From Felis catus (taxonomy: Eukaryota): DNA of 64,000 nucleotides. A program made the position numbers and the translations under genes. The stretch lies in contig NC_058383.1 in the NCBI RefSeq assembly GCF_018350175.1, positions 496,001 to 560,000 of the forward strand, in the 5' to 3' direction. Under the pieces are notes generated by a model, which made no database searches, was not told the DNA's origin, and was given only the letters and a program-made list of their open reading frames with translations. Positions 11,050 through 23,022 of the stretch are shown in pieces (position 1 is the first letter of the stretch; every line of letters begins with the position of its first letter).

Positions 11050-12250
11050 GGATCCTCGGCCGCCCTGGATACAATCAGACAGAAAGACAGAGTTTCTCAC
11101 ACCAAAAACACAGGCAACGAGACAAAACAGACAAATAGGACCACATCAAAATTTTCCAATTCTACGCGGCAAAGGAAACCACCATCAGAGTGAAAAAGTA
11201 ACACAGAGAACGGGAGAGAACGTTTGCAAGTCATTGATCTGATAAGGGGTTAGTAGCCCCGAATATGTCAAGAACCACAAAGGCACGTCAGCAAACACCA
11301 AATAGGCTGATTTTAAAGTAGAGGAAGGACTTGAACAGGCACCTCCCCAGAGAAGACACGCTAACGGCCAACAAGCACGTGACGCGGTGCTCGGGGCCAC
11401 TGCTCACTGGAGAAGCTAAAGTCAGAGCCACAGGGAGACTGGGGTGGCCACGATCAAGGAGATGGAAACCGGTGTCGGCAGGAGCGCCGACGGTGGGAGT
11501 GGAGGGTGGGGCGGCCGCGGGGGAAACGGTGTCACTTCTTGCAAAAATGAGGGTCCGGCCGTCTTGCTTCCGGGTGCATCTGCAAACAAACTGAAGGCAA
11601 GATCTCAAAGAGATATTTCCATGCTCATGTTCAAAGCAGCATTCTTCACGGTAATGGAGAGGCAGGCCCAGCCCCAGGGTCCATGGACAGAGTACCATCT
11701 AGATACAATGGAGCATCACTAAACCATAAGGAGGAAGGAATGACACCTGCTAGCACGTGGACGAGCCCGGAGGACGTGATGCTGAGTGACACAAGCCAGA
11801 CAGAGGAGGACACACACTAGGACCCACTCACACGAGGTCCCAAGGTCGTCAGTCTCATGGACATGGGAGGACACGCACTGGGACCCACTCCCACGAGGTC
11901 CCGGGGTCGTCAGAGTTAGGGACATGGGAGGACACACACTGGGACTCACTCCCACGAGGTCCCAAGGTCGTCAGTCTCACGGACACGGGAGGACACGCAC
12001 TGGGACCCACTCCCACGAAGTCCCGGGGTCGTCAGACTCACAGACACAGAGTAGACGGCGGGGCCAGGGCTGGGGAAGCAGGTGGGGGTCCATGTGTAAC
12101 AGGGACAGAGTCTCGGTGTGGGGAGATGGGACGTTCTGGAGACCAGTTGCACAACAGCATGCATACAGATAACACTACCACACGCTTACAAACGATCAAG
12201 ACGGTACATTTATGTGTTGTAGGCTTTCTTTCTTTCCCACAATTAAATTT
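11050..12250 (+). mobile_element. L1MA/L1MB-like ORF2 end and 3' UTR
   Basis: gatctgataaggggttagta, atgttcaaagcagcattcttcac, gagtctcggtgtggggagatgggacgttctggaga; 3' end cccacaattaaattt. Confidence 0.8.
11805..12048. repeat. 61-bp tandem repeat x4 inside the L1 3' UTR
   Basis: ggaggacac starts at 11805, 11866, 11927 and 11988. Confidence 0.95.
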
Positions 12251-12479
12251 AAGAAAATAGAAAAGGAGAAGAGACTTTCTTTGTCCTCATCCTGCAACTC
12301 GAACTCCACAGTCACAAGAACGAGGTGACGTGTCGGCGTTGCTCTCCGCCACGGCCGGGGTTGACAGAACCTTCTCATGGCTCGTCTTAGCCCCGCCGCA
12401 CAGTCTCAGGAAAGCTGGCAAACACCCCTCCCCCTCCATCCGTCCTTCCATCCATCCACCCACCCGCCCGCCACACATG

Positions 12480-12600
12480 CACCCATCCAACAAATATTCG
12501 TTGAGTGATTATTCTGTTCCACATGCTGTTCCAGGTGCAGGGAGCCCAGCAAAGAGGAGGCAGACAGGTCCCTGCCTTACTGGGGTTCCCAGTGGGGGAA
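12480..12600 (-). mobile_element. L2 3' end fragment
   Basis: catccaacaaatattcgttgagtgattattctgttccacatgctgttccaggtgcaggg. Confidence 0.6.
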
Positions 12601-12863
12601 GATAGGGAAGTAGAAACAGAGAGAGTGAGAGAGACAGAGAAATGATCGATGATGCCAGATGGAGACAGGTAGCTAGCTAGATGATAGACGGTATAGACGA
12701 TACATACATACATAGATGATGGGTAACAGAGACGGGCCTTGTGCTAAACTGCACAAACTATATCCAACAGGCTATTAAGATCACAGGAAATGGTGGCAAT
12801 TGTTTTCAGAGTGAAATAGGGTGATGTTGTAGTGGGTCGTCCTCACTCAGAAGGGGCTCCATT

Positions 12864-14663
12864 GGGGGGGAGGGCGGCCTGAGGGAGGGGAAGGGGGGCC
12901 TGAGGGAGGGGGAGGGTGGTCTGAGGGAGGGGACCTGAGGGAGGAGGAGGGTGGCCTGAAGGAGGGGGAGGGGGCCTGAGGGAGGAGGAGGGTGGCCTGA
13001 GGGAGGGGGACTGCAGGAGAGGGAGGGGGCCTGAGGGAGGGGGAGGGTGGCCTGAGGGAGGGGGAGGGGGCCTGAGGGAGGGGGAGGGTGGCCTGAGGGA
13101 GGGGGACTGCAGGAGAGGGAGGGGGCCTGAGGGAGGGGGAGGGTGGCCTGAGGGAAGGGGAGGGCGGCCTGAGGGAGAGGACCTGAGGGAGGAGGAGGGT
13201 GGCCTGAAGGAGGGGGAGGGGGCCTGAGGGAGGGGGACTGCAGAAGGGGGAGGGGGCCTGAGGGAGGGGGACTGCAGGAGAGGGAGGGGGCCTGAGGGAG
13301 GGGAAGGGGGCCTGAGGGAGGGGGAGGGTGGCCTGAGGGAGGGGGAGGGCAGCCTGAGGGAGGGGACCTGAGGGAGGAGGAGGGTGGCCTGAAGGAGGGG
13401 GAGGGGGCCTGAGGGAGGGGGACTGCAGAAGGGGGAGGGGGCCTGAGGGAGGGGGACTGCAGGAGAGGGAGGGGGCCTGAGGGAGGGGAAGGGGGCCTGA
13501 GGGAGGGGAAGGGTGCCTGAGGGAGGGGGAGGGTGGCCTGAAGGAGGGGGAGGGTGGCCTGATGGAGTGGAAGGGGGGCCTGAGGGAGGAGTAGGGTGGC
13601 CTGAGGGAGGGGGAGGGTGGGCTGAGGGAGGGGGAGGGGGCCTGAGGGAGGGGGACTGTAGAAGGGGGAGGGGGCCTGAGGGAGGGGGACTGCAGAAGGG
13701 GGAGGGGGCCTGAGGGAGGGGGACTGCAGGAGGGGGAGGGGGACTGAGGGAGGGTGTCTGAGGGGGAGGGGGACTGAGGGAGGGGGCCTGAGGGAGGGGG
13801 AGGGTGGCCTGAGGGGGGGGTGGCCTGAGGGAGGGGGAGGACAGCCTGAGGGAGGGGGACTGCAGGAGGGGGAGGGGGCCTGAGGGAGGGGGACTGCAGG
13901 AGGGGGAGGGGGACGGAGGGAGGGGTACTGCAGGAGGGGGAGGGGGACTGAGGGAGGGGGTCTGAGGGGGAGGGGATTGAGGGAGGGGGTCTGAGGGGGA
14001 GGGGGACTGAGGGAGGGGGCCTGAGGGAGGGGGAGGGTGGCCTGAGGGAGGGGGAGGGCAGCCTGAGGGAGGGGGACTGCAAAAGGGAGAGGGGGCCTGA
14101 GGGAGGGGGACTGCAGGAGGGGGAGGGGGACTGAGGGAGGGTGTCTGAGGGGGAGGGGGACTGAGGGAGGGGGCCTGAGGGAGGGGGAGGGTGGCCTGAG
14201 GGGGGGGGTGGCCTGAGGGAGGGGGAGGACAGCCTGAGGGAGGGGGACTGCAAAAGGGGGAGGGGGCCTGAGGGAGGGGGACTGCAGGAGGGGGAGGGGG
14301 ACGGAGGGAGGGGTACTGCAGGAGGGGGAGGGGGACTGAGGGAGGGGGTCTGAGGGGGAGGGGATTGAGGGAGGGGGTCTGAGGGGGAGGGGGACTGAGG
14401 GAGGGGGCCTGAGGGAGGGGGAGGGTGGCCTGAGGGAGGGGGAGGGCAGCCTGAGGGAGGGGGACTGCAAAAGGGGGAGGGGGCCTGAGGGAGGGGGACT
14501 GCAGGAGGGGGAGGGGGACAGAGGGAGGGGGACTGCAGGAGAGGGAGGGGGCCTGAGGGAGGGGGACTGCAGGAGGGGGAGGGGGACGGAGGGAGGGGGT
14601 CTGAGGGGGGAGGGGGACCGAGGGAGGGGGCCTGAGGGAGGGGGAGGGGGACGGAGGGAGGGG
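12864..14663. repeat. 1.8-kb G-rich modular tandem array (gagggagggggN modules)
   Basis: cctgagggaggggg core joined by spacers such as agggtgg, actgca and aggggg; extreme G/purine strand asymmetry. Confidence 0.97.
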
Positions 14664-14894
14664 CTGCAAGCCGGGAGCCAGTCTGAAGAAGGGGAGGGGC
14701 GGGATCAGAGCAGGGTGGGGGCAGGTAGAGAAGGACCCTGCTGATTCAGGGCCTGGTGGGGCTGAGAGCAGGGACCACCGAAAGTGCCAGGCCCCGGGCA
14801 GGGTCACGCGTGGTCGACCTCCGACCGGCTCCCCTCCCTGCCCGGCCTCAGCAGTCTGTCCAGCCGGCACTTGTCCTCCCGTCTGAGGCCCCCA

Positions 14895-15000
14895 GAGACT
14901 AATCCATTTGCCTGCACTAATCCAGGCTCAAAGGGGGCCCGGCACTTGGGGGTGGTCACCTGCAGGAGAGGCCCCCGGCCCCCCTCCCCAGCTAATCCCT
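14895..15000. promoter_or_regulatory. Candidate enhancer with three CTAATCC (K50 homeodomain: OTX/CRX/PITX) sites
   Basis: CTAATCC at 14899 and 14917, CTAATCCC at 14992; motif match only. Confidence 0.4.
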
Positions 15001-16242
15001 GCCAGGCAATCGGGCTGATCAGGTTTCCAACAGCTCAGCCCTTGCTTCCCAGGCCCAGGACGCCCCACCAGGGTGCTTTGGGGACTGTCCCGACAGGCCG
15101 AGGGTCAAGGAAGGGAGAAGCCTGCTCTCACCAAGTGTCCCCAGCGGGCAAGCGCCCTGACCCTCTGGGCCTACCTCGGTCAGGAGAGGCGGGAAGGGTC
15201 TGCCCGGCCCCACCTCCCCGGGCCCTGCGGTGGGGGGACCGGCCCCCTAGGCTCCTGCCACCCTCCTCCCCCACGGAACCTGGTCCTGGATGAAGCAGTC
15301 TGCCCCTTCCCAGGAACCCGTCTGTGTTTTTGAAAGGCCTGCCCGTCTCTCTGGCCTCAGATAAAACGGGAAAGGGAGCGTCTTTTCATCTCAGGGGCCT
15401 GATTTAATGCTCCACTGACCCTGGTTTGGGATTTTCGGGGTGCTTGTCTGAAGGGTGGGGGGCGGGCCTGGGGGGCCTCCCCTCGCTCGCCCCCAGAGCC
15501 CCCACTTCTGTTCCCCAGCAGTGAGGCTGGGTCCGCTTCTGCCCACCCCCCCTGCCTTTACTGGAGCTGTGTTTGCTCTTCCAGATTCAGAATTTCTGAG
15601 ACGCGATGTTTTCGTGTGAACAAGCTGAAACACAAGTAGAATTCACCGTGCACCAGGCCTGTCCTGCTCTCCCTGTCTCAGCTACCTTGGCCACTAGAAA
15701 TGTGTGTTCCTGCACCAGGCTGCTGCAGCCAGGCCACTCACCTCCCCAGGCTGGGCAGGCAGGACCCTCTGGGGGGTGGGCCGGGCTGGGCGGGGGGGCA
15801 AGGCCTGCTCTGTGCCTGCAGCCCTCAGCCGGGCCCTGGACAGACGGACAGAAGCCCGAGGACCAGCCTGCGCGGAGACCAAGGCCTCCTCCGCATCGGG
15901 CACCAAGGCCGGGCCCCTTCCTGACTTGGGGGTGGGGCGGCAGCCGGGCCGGACGCAGCTTTCCGTCTGAGCCTGGCCTGGGACCGAGTCACGGATGCCT
16001 TGGGGTGTTGGAGCCCAGCCACACACCCTCCTCCTTCTCTGGGGAGTACAAGCATATTCCACGAGAGCTGTCTGCTTCCTCTAATTCACACCGACCAGCA
16101 CTGGCTGAGCACCAACTGTATACCAAGAGCTGTGCCAGCTGCCTGTGTCTGGGGAGCCTCGGGGGGCGGTGCCCCCTGCCACGGGCACCAGGATCCTGAG
16201 GAGCTGCCGGCCCATGCGGTGCCCAGGGCACGGATCCCGGCA

Positions 16243-16325
16243 TGGGGTCACATGCTCACGCTCTCTGGGCCTCAGTTTTCCCACTTGTGAAGTGGGGACA
16301 CAGGTCATGCCTGCGTCACAGGCCT
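16243..16325 (+). mobile_element. MIR core fragment
   Basis: ctctctgggcctcagttttcccacttgtgaagtgggga. Confidence 0.65.
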
Positions 16326-16977
16326 AAAGAGAGGACAGACAGACAGGAAGCTGCCGTGATACCATAGGCGGGTCCCGTGGGCGCCAGGCGCCTCCCGTGT
16401 CACTGCATGTTTGGCATGAGTCACGCCCGGTGGCCGGGCTCCGAAGACTTGGGAACCCCCTGCCACATGAGTGCTGAGACGCACGCCCAGCCGCCTGCCA
16501 CCCTCCAAGTGGCCGGTGAGAAAGCTTCCTCCTGGAGAGAAAGAAGCTGACCAAACACTTTCCATGACAAAGGTGATCCAGAGACATTTCAACACTTTAT
16601 AACGGGCGGCACAAGCCAACAACCTCTTGTGCAATCCGGACCACACGGGCACGATGAGTCTCCGGCTCCAGAAGCTCGGGAGGAACGAACAGAAACTCTA
16701 GAGCCTGAGGACCCTGCGCTGATAAGGGCTCACCTCTCCCGGGTGCCCTCCGTGCACTGAGCGCTCGCCGTGTTGCACGCTCTGGAAGCAGGGTCTGGCC
16801 CCAGATCAGAGCACGAGGCAAGGGGACCCTGGGCGACACCAGGGCTGAGCTGGGGAAGCGGGACCGCCCTGTGCAGATAGGGGCTCTGTGGAGGGACTAA
16901 GCCCGGGAACCATTGCAGGGAGAGGGGAGCAAAGAGCTAGGAAGGGATCTGGGGGTCCCAGGAGATCACCAGCCGTC

Positions 16978-17305
16978 TGCTGGGAGCTGAGCTGTGTCCC
17001 CCAGAAAGAGATCTGTTGGCGTTTGCAGAGTGGGACCTTATTTGGAGATGGTGTCTTTACAGAGGTCATCAAGTTACAATGAGGCCACCGGGATCTCAGC
17101 TAGGGTGACTTACAAAAAGGGGAAATTTGGATGCGGACACACACACAGAGGGTAGGCCACGTCAGGTCTGGAGTGCTGCGGCCACCAGCCGAAGCAGGCA
17201 CGTCCTCCCCCAGCGCCTCGGCAGGGACGTGGCCCTGGGACACTGGTCCCGACTTCCAGCCTCAACACTGCAACCCGAGGATGTGTGTTGTTTGAGCTGC
17301 CCCAG
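16978..17305 (+). mobile_element. MLT1 (MaLR) solo LTR
   Basis: gagctgtgtcccccag...gtgggaccttatttggagatggtgtctttacagaggtcatcaagttacaatgagg...gacttccagcctc. Confidence 0.8.
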
Positions 17306-18139
17306 GAAGCAGGCCAGCCGTCCTGAAGCACGGGTGCAGGCGGACAGCTGGAGCTCGCGTGGAGGCCAGCGCAGGCCGGAGGACCCTGGCCGGCGAGGAA
17401 GTGCAGGGAGGGCATTGTCGCTGCAAAGCTGCCCCCCAGGGAGCCTGACGTGGTTCCTGCACCAAGAAACCCCCGGAGAGCCAGAGCCGCCGGGCTCCCC
17501 TTCCACCCTCTACAACCCACGCAAGGTCCCTGTTGGGCCAACTCCATGTAGGGGCCACACGGAGAAGGGGTACAGTCCCAGCTCAGCCAAGTCCACACCT
17601 GTGCCCTCAACCTCCGCCCGAGGCTGTGCTGGGCTGCTGACTTGCCCTAGGGTGTTGCACCCGTCCATTCCCCGGGTGTAAACCCTCCCTCCTCAGGGCA
17701 CGTCCGGCACCAGCAGTCTTAACAGCGGCTTGCAAAATTCCCAAGTATTGGACGGTCGGCCCTGGGAGCACGTGGGTTCAGAAGGACATCCCCCTGGGGA
17801 GGCAGCGCGCCCGGCTTTCCTTCTCTGCCGGGCAGCCCCACAGGTAGGCGGGCAGGTCCAGCCTCTGCCAGCCGGTCCCCTGCTCCCCACTCCGCGCCCC
17901 CACGGGCCCCAGCCCACAACGGCTCCACGGCCTCTGCCACGGTGTTGCTTCAACCGGAGACAGGCGCTATGCAGACGTTCGGAATGCTGGTTCCACAAAC
18001 CCTTCCAGAGAAAACTCCCGAGCTCAGTGCTGGGGATGCAGAGGTGGGCCGGGCAGGGAACCCCCAGGATGCCACATCCATGCCCGTGAGAACACGCTGT
18101 CTGCCAGGCTGTGTGCTTCCTTTCACCCGGGTACTTTAT

Positions 18140-18270
18140 TTTAAGCCCAAACGTTAAGGAAATTTGCAAAAACGTAAAACAATGCTATTCTTCTTACTAT
18201 TTTTGCAGATTATAGTAAATTTTCTTAACAAGTTCACTTATGCTCACATCATGGCTTTATTATCGTTCAT
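18140..18270. mobile_element. hAT-Charlie-type DNA transposon fragment
   Basis: atttgcaaaaacgtaaaacaatgctattcttcttacta resembles a recalled Charlie/MER segment; subfamily uncertain. Confidence 0.5.
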
Positions 18271-19567
18271 GATCATTTTCCTGGGAGTCGGGTTTTTATC
18301 CCCACCACAGAGATGAGCAAAGAGTGACTCCTTCTGCCAACCTCGGTGTGACCTCGGCTGTCGGTCCAGCCTTGATCCTTGACCACAGGCCCACGTATCC
18401 TCTCTGCCCGTCGGCCACTCGTGCTCTTGGCAGGGAACCCCTCGCTGGCACCTCGCGCCCCAGCACCACTCCGAGGAGGCCGGGGCGCCGTCCAGCGAAG
18501 GTGGCGGGGAAAGCAGGATGTTTTGCTGGAATCCCAGCCCAGTTCGTGCAGAGGACTGTTGGCTGCATCTGCCTGGAATCCTGCCCCTCTCGGCAGCTCA
18601 CGTCCAGGCTCGGAGGGGCAGCCAGCAGGGACAGGGAGAGCCATCCACCAGGCACACGGCCCAGGAGGCAGCAGAGGCTCTGGAAGCTTGGAGGCCCAGG
18701 GCTCTCCCTCAACTCATTTCCCCTCTGCAAGTACCTCCCAGAGAGTCCCCAGACAGGACTGGGGTGTCCGAGCCCCAGGGCCAAAGGCCAGGGTGGGCCC
18801 TGGGTCCCTGCCCAGGGTGGGCGCGCCCTCCCGGGCCTCCCCGGCCATCCGGCTTCCGGCTGCTCCCGTCTGGCTGTTTACTGTCACAGCCAGAGGCCAG
18901 AGAGAGAGGGACCCACACCTGCACACCCCTGGAGGCCACCCCTGGGGCCTCCGTCTTGGATGAGGCGGGCAGTGCCAACCTCGGTCAGTACCCAAGCACC
19001 CGCAGGCCCGATGACCCAGCCTGGACAGCACAAACAGACTGCCATGGCTGTCCAGGCCTGTGATTTATTTCCTCCTCGCTATGGGGCTGCCCTGTGTTCT
19101 GCCGGTGGCCCATGGCTGGTGGGGGAGGGGGTCACTATCTCAGCAGCTATATCTGAGCATAGGCCGGCCCCCCCCCCCATGTCAAAAACTAGTATTTCCC
19201 TGGCTCTCAGATTTGAAAGGGCTGTCCGCTGTCCCTACAGCCCCGAGACAGAGAAGCCCAGAACACAAAGCCTCCAGCTGGCCTAGAAAGGGTGGAGGTG
19301 GAAACACCAGGTAAGACCTGGCACGTCCCCTTACCATCCTCCCCCCTCACGCCAGTCGGGCTTCCGAACTTCTAAAAGAGAGAATCCATTTGGCCCAGCT
19401 CTTCTCCCAGCCCTGATACTGCAGAGAGAGATCCCTCACCATCCCCACCCTGTGTGCTGTGGCAAGGAGGCCCCTGCCTGAGGCCCCACCCTCCGAGCCA
19501 CGAAGGGGCAGTTCAGGCTGGGGGTCCAGCTTTCCCACTCCTCCTCTGGTCCCTCACTGAGGACTTA

Positions 19568-20635
19568 CAGGCGATGCCCGCAGGACCCGGGGCCACCTCC
19601 CCCCCCAGGCGATCCCCGCAGGACCCAGGGCCACCTCTCCCTCCAGGCGATCCCCACAGGACCCGGGGCCACCTCCCCCCCCAGGCGATCCCCGCAGGAC
19701 CCAGGGCCACCTCTCCCTCCAGGCGATGCCCGCAGGACCCGGGGCCACCTCTCCCTCCAGGCGATGCCCGCAGGACCCGGGGTCACCTCTTCCCCCAGGC
19801 GATGCCCACAGGACCCGGGGCCACCTCCCCCCCCCCAGGCGATGCCCGCAGGACCCAGGGCCACCTCTCCCTCCAGGCGATGCCCGCAGGACCCGGGGCC
19901 ACCTCTCCCTCCAGGCGATGCCCACAGGACCCGGGGCCACCTCCCCCCCCCAGGCGATCCCCGCAGGACCCAGGGCCACCTCCCCCCCCAGGCAATCCCC
20001 ACAGGACCCAGGGCCACCTCTTCCCCCAGGCGATGCCCGCAGGACCCGGGGCCACCTCCCCCCCAGGCAATCCCCGCAGGACCCAGGGCCACCTCTTCCC
20101 CCAGGCGATGCCCGCAGGACCCGGGGCCACCTCCCCCCCAGGCAATCCCCGCAGGACCCGGGGCCACCTCCCCCCCCAGGCGATGCTCGCAGGACCCAGG
20201 GCCACCTCCCCCCCCCAGGCGATCCCCACAGGACCCAGGGCCACCTCTTCCCCCAGGCGATGCCCGCAGGACCCGGGGCCACCTCCCCCCCAGGCAATCC
20301 CTGCAGGACCCGGGGCCACCTCCCCCCCCAGGCGATCCCCGCAGGACCCAGGGCCACCTCCCCCCCCAGGCGATCCCCGCAGGACCCAGGGCCACCTCTC
20401 CCTCCAGGCGATGCCCGCAGGACCCGGGGCCACCTCTCACCCCAGGCGATGCCCGCAGGACCCGGGGCCACCTCTCCCTCCAGGCGATGCCCGCAGGACC
20501 CGGGGCCACCTCTCACCCCAGGCGATGCCCGCAGGACCCGGGGTCACCTCTTCCCCCAGGCGATGCCCGCAGGACCCAGGGCCACCTCCCCCCCCAGGCG
20601 ATGCCCGCAGGACCCGGGGCCACCTCTCTCCCCAG
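19568..20635. repeat. CpG-rich minisatellite, about 38 bp unit (caggcgatgcccgcaggacccggggccacctcYccYc), about 28 copies
   Basis: Tandem periodicity read directly, high unit identity. Confidence 0.97.
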
Positions 20636-20853
20636 ACCTGCCCTGTCCTTACGGGCATCTGTGCACAGCTGGGACAGGGTAGCAGCTGGGGGCACGTGGA
20701 CAAGGCGGGTGGCAGAAAGGCTGGAGGTGCGGAGCCATGTGCTATTAGCCTGAGACGCCAGAGGAGGACCCCGTGAGGAAGAGCCCAGGCCAGGCCCCAG
20801 GTTCCGGGCTGCGTCCCCTCTCTGGGCCTCCACGTGCCATCTGCCCACGTGGG

Positions 20854-21022
20854 CAGCGCTGTCCTATAGACTCTCTCGCGGTAACGGCTGTGTTCTGTGT
20901 CTGCACTGTCCAATACGGGGCCACCAGCCACACCGCGGACTGACTGCTTCCGGTCACTTGACTTTAATCACTTTAAGCACGAACGGCTCCTGGTGGCTCG
21001 TGGGTCCGCCCTGGAAAGAGCT
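20854..21022 (+). mobile_element. MER3-like hAT DNA transposon
   Basis: cagcgctgtcctataga...tgttctgtgtctgcactgtccaatacggggccaccagccacac. Confidence 0.75.
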
Positions 21023-22747
21023 GTGTGGCTGCTCCATGAGGTCACGCGGTGAGATGCCGGGCACAGAGCAGGGCCCCGAGGTGGAGCTGGTGGCAATCCT
21101 TCCTGTTTCTGCTGTCACCTGCCCCCAGAAGCAGGCCGGCTGTGGTGCGGAGGGTCCGACGGAAGGCCACGGGGCCAGGAGGGCTCACCATCCCACTGAC
21201 CGATCGGGGGCCAGGGGTGGGGGTGTGACTTGCTCTTCCCCTATCGTGAGCCCCCCGCCCCGGCCTGGCTGTCTGGAGCCTTGAACCACCGAGGTGTTTG
21301 GGGGCGGAGGACCAACCTCACAATTATTCCAGAACCAAACTGCCAATGCCAACATGTCTGATGTAAACTCTCTGTCCGGCCAACCCCCAGCCAAACCCCA
21401 CAGGCGCCTGGAGACCCACCCTGCCTGCCTGGCCTCTGCAGATGGGGCCCCGGGGGTCGTCAGGTCGTCAGCCACGGCTCGAGGCGGGGAAGGAGCCCCG
21501 GGTGCCGTGTGCAGGTGCGCTGCTCTGCCTGGGGAGGGCCCAGCCTCCCCCCAGCAAAGCTCAGGGCTCCACGTCCCAGGAGAACAGACCCACAGCCACG
21601 AGGCAGGGGCAGTGGGGAGGCCCCTCTGAGCCGTAGGACAGGCACGCGGTCGCAAGGCACACAGGCCCAGGTGGCCTTTCTCCCGCTCCTGGGGGACTGT
21701 GCTGGAGCCGGGAGAAGGCGGAAGGAGGGGTGAGGGCAGGCAGGCCATCGCGAAGCACTTTTCTAGAAGGCAGTTTTGCTCTGAAATCTCAGCAGCCCGG
21801 TGAGCAGAACCGTCTGCCTATGTCTGGAGGCCACGCACTGAGCACCACTGGACTTGGTTAACAAGCAAGGTCCTTCCTCACGGGGGACCCAAGGTGAGGG
21901 TGGGGCGGGCACATCCCTCCGCAGCAGGAACCCCCCTCCCAGCGGCTGTCCTGCAGTCGGTGACTGGGGGGGGGGCAAGCGAGAGGCAGCACAGGCCCTG
22001 GGGAAGCCTCACAAAGGCCATGACATCCCAGGAGGGCCTGCCTGGGTCCCTGTGTGACACAACCAGCCCGGAAGGATGGGGAAAGTGAGGCCCGGTGAGC
22101 AGCTGCCCTGGGCCCGCGAGGGAGCCAGGCCATCTGGGCCAGGACCAGCCCTGGGCCTCCTCCCTCCACTGCCCGTGACTCAGTGTCCCCCGGAACAACC
22201 CCTCCCCAGGGCTGGGTCCAAAACCCCTTTCAACCCACACCCAGCCCTCAGCCAACAAGGGCTCATTCAGCCGCCTGGAGAGCAGGGCTGGGAGCCTGGG
22301 AGAACCGTTTGTAAAAGTGTAAACTGTGCTTCCCTCCAAGGGCACGGAGAGGCCATCCCAGGGAAAGGAAACAGGGACCACCAACGCACGCAAGAGGTGG
22401 CCAAGCTCACTGGCAATCAAGGGCGTCCAAGCCAGACCCACCAGACGGCAGAGCACAGGGGCCTCCCTGCCACTCGGTGCCCTCCTTCCCCACAGGGGCG
22501 TATGCGGTGCTGCCCCTCGGAGGGGGCCGGGCAGAGGCCCACCGAACGTGAGCCCCCATTTCCTCCCGATCCCGGAAACGCAGCCCAGGAACCGGCAGAC
22601 GGAGGGAGGGGACGGCTGGAGGCGTGTGGTGCCCGCGGGCTGTGGACAGCAGGCAGAGCTCGCGGATGTGTGTCCATGTGCGTGATCACAGGGTGGTTAG
22701 ACTGGAAGCAGGACAGGTAGGTGCCAGAAAGCCGCTTTATCAAAGAC

Positions 22748-23022
22748 TGGTGTGTGTGAGGGTGTGAAAGCGAGAGGTCGTGTGCATGAACGTGTGCACA
22801 CGCATCTGTGGATTTGTGTACACGCATGAGTGTGCACGTGTGTGTGAGTATGCACATGTGCGTGGGCACACGTGTGTGAATGTGTGCACACGTGGGGGTG
22901 TGCACGTGCGTGTGTGAGTGCATTGTGCGTTCACATATGTGTGTGCTCACATGCATGTGTGCGCGCGCGTGTGTGTGGCTGTGCGCGTGCACAAGTGTGA
23001 ACATTTGTGCTCACATGCACAC
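22748..23022. repeat. Degenerate (TG/CA/CG) alternating purine-pyrimidine tract
   Basis: gtgtgcacacgcatgtgtgcgcgcgcgtgtgtg-type sequence over about 270 bp. Confidence 0.9.

Noticed and set aside
12864..14663. Human PRDM9 hotspot motif (CCTCCCT core is abundant on the minus strand)
   Set aside because: Spacing to CCAC does not fit the 13-mer, and felid PRDM9 specificity is not expected to match human
12806..14870. 468-675 aa proline-rich ORFs on the minus strand (extensin/formin-like look)
   Set aside because: All three minus frames are open because the C-rich repeat strand lacks stop codons; no domain, splice or frame preference
19454..20776. Long Pro/Gly-rich, collagen-like ORFs
   Set aside because: Translations of a 38-bp VNTR that is open on both strands; unit not a multiple of 3; no sustained Gly-X-Y register
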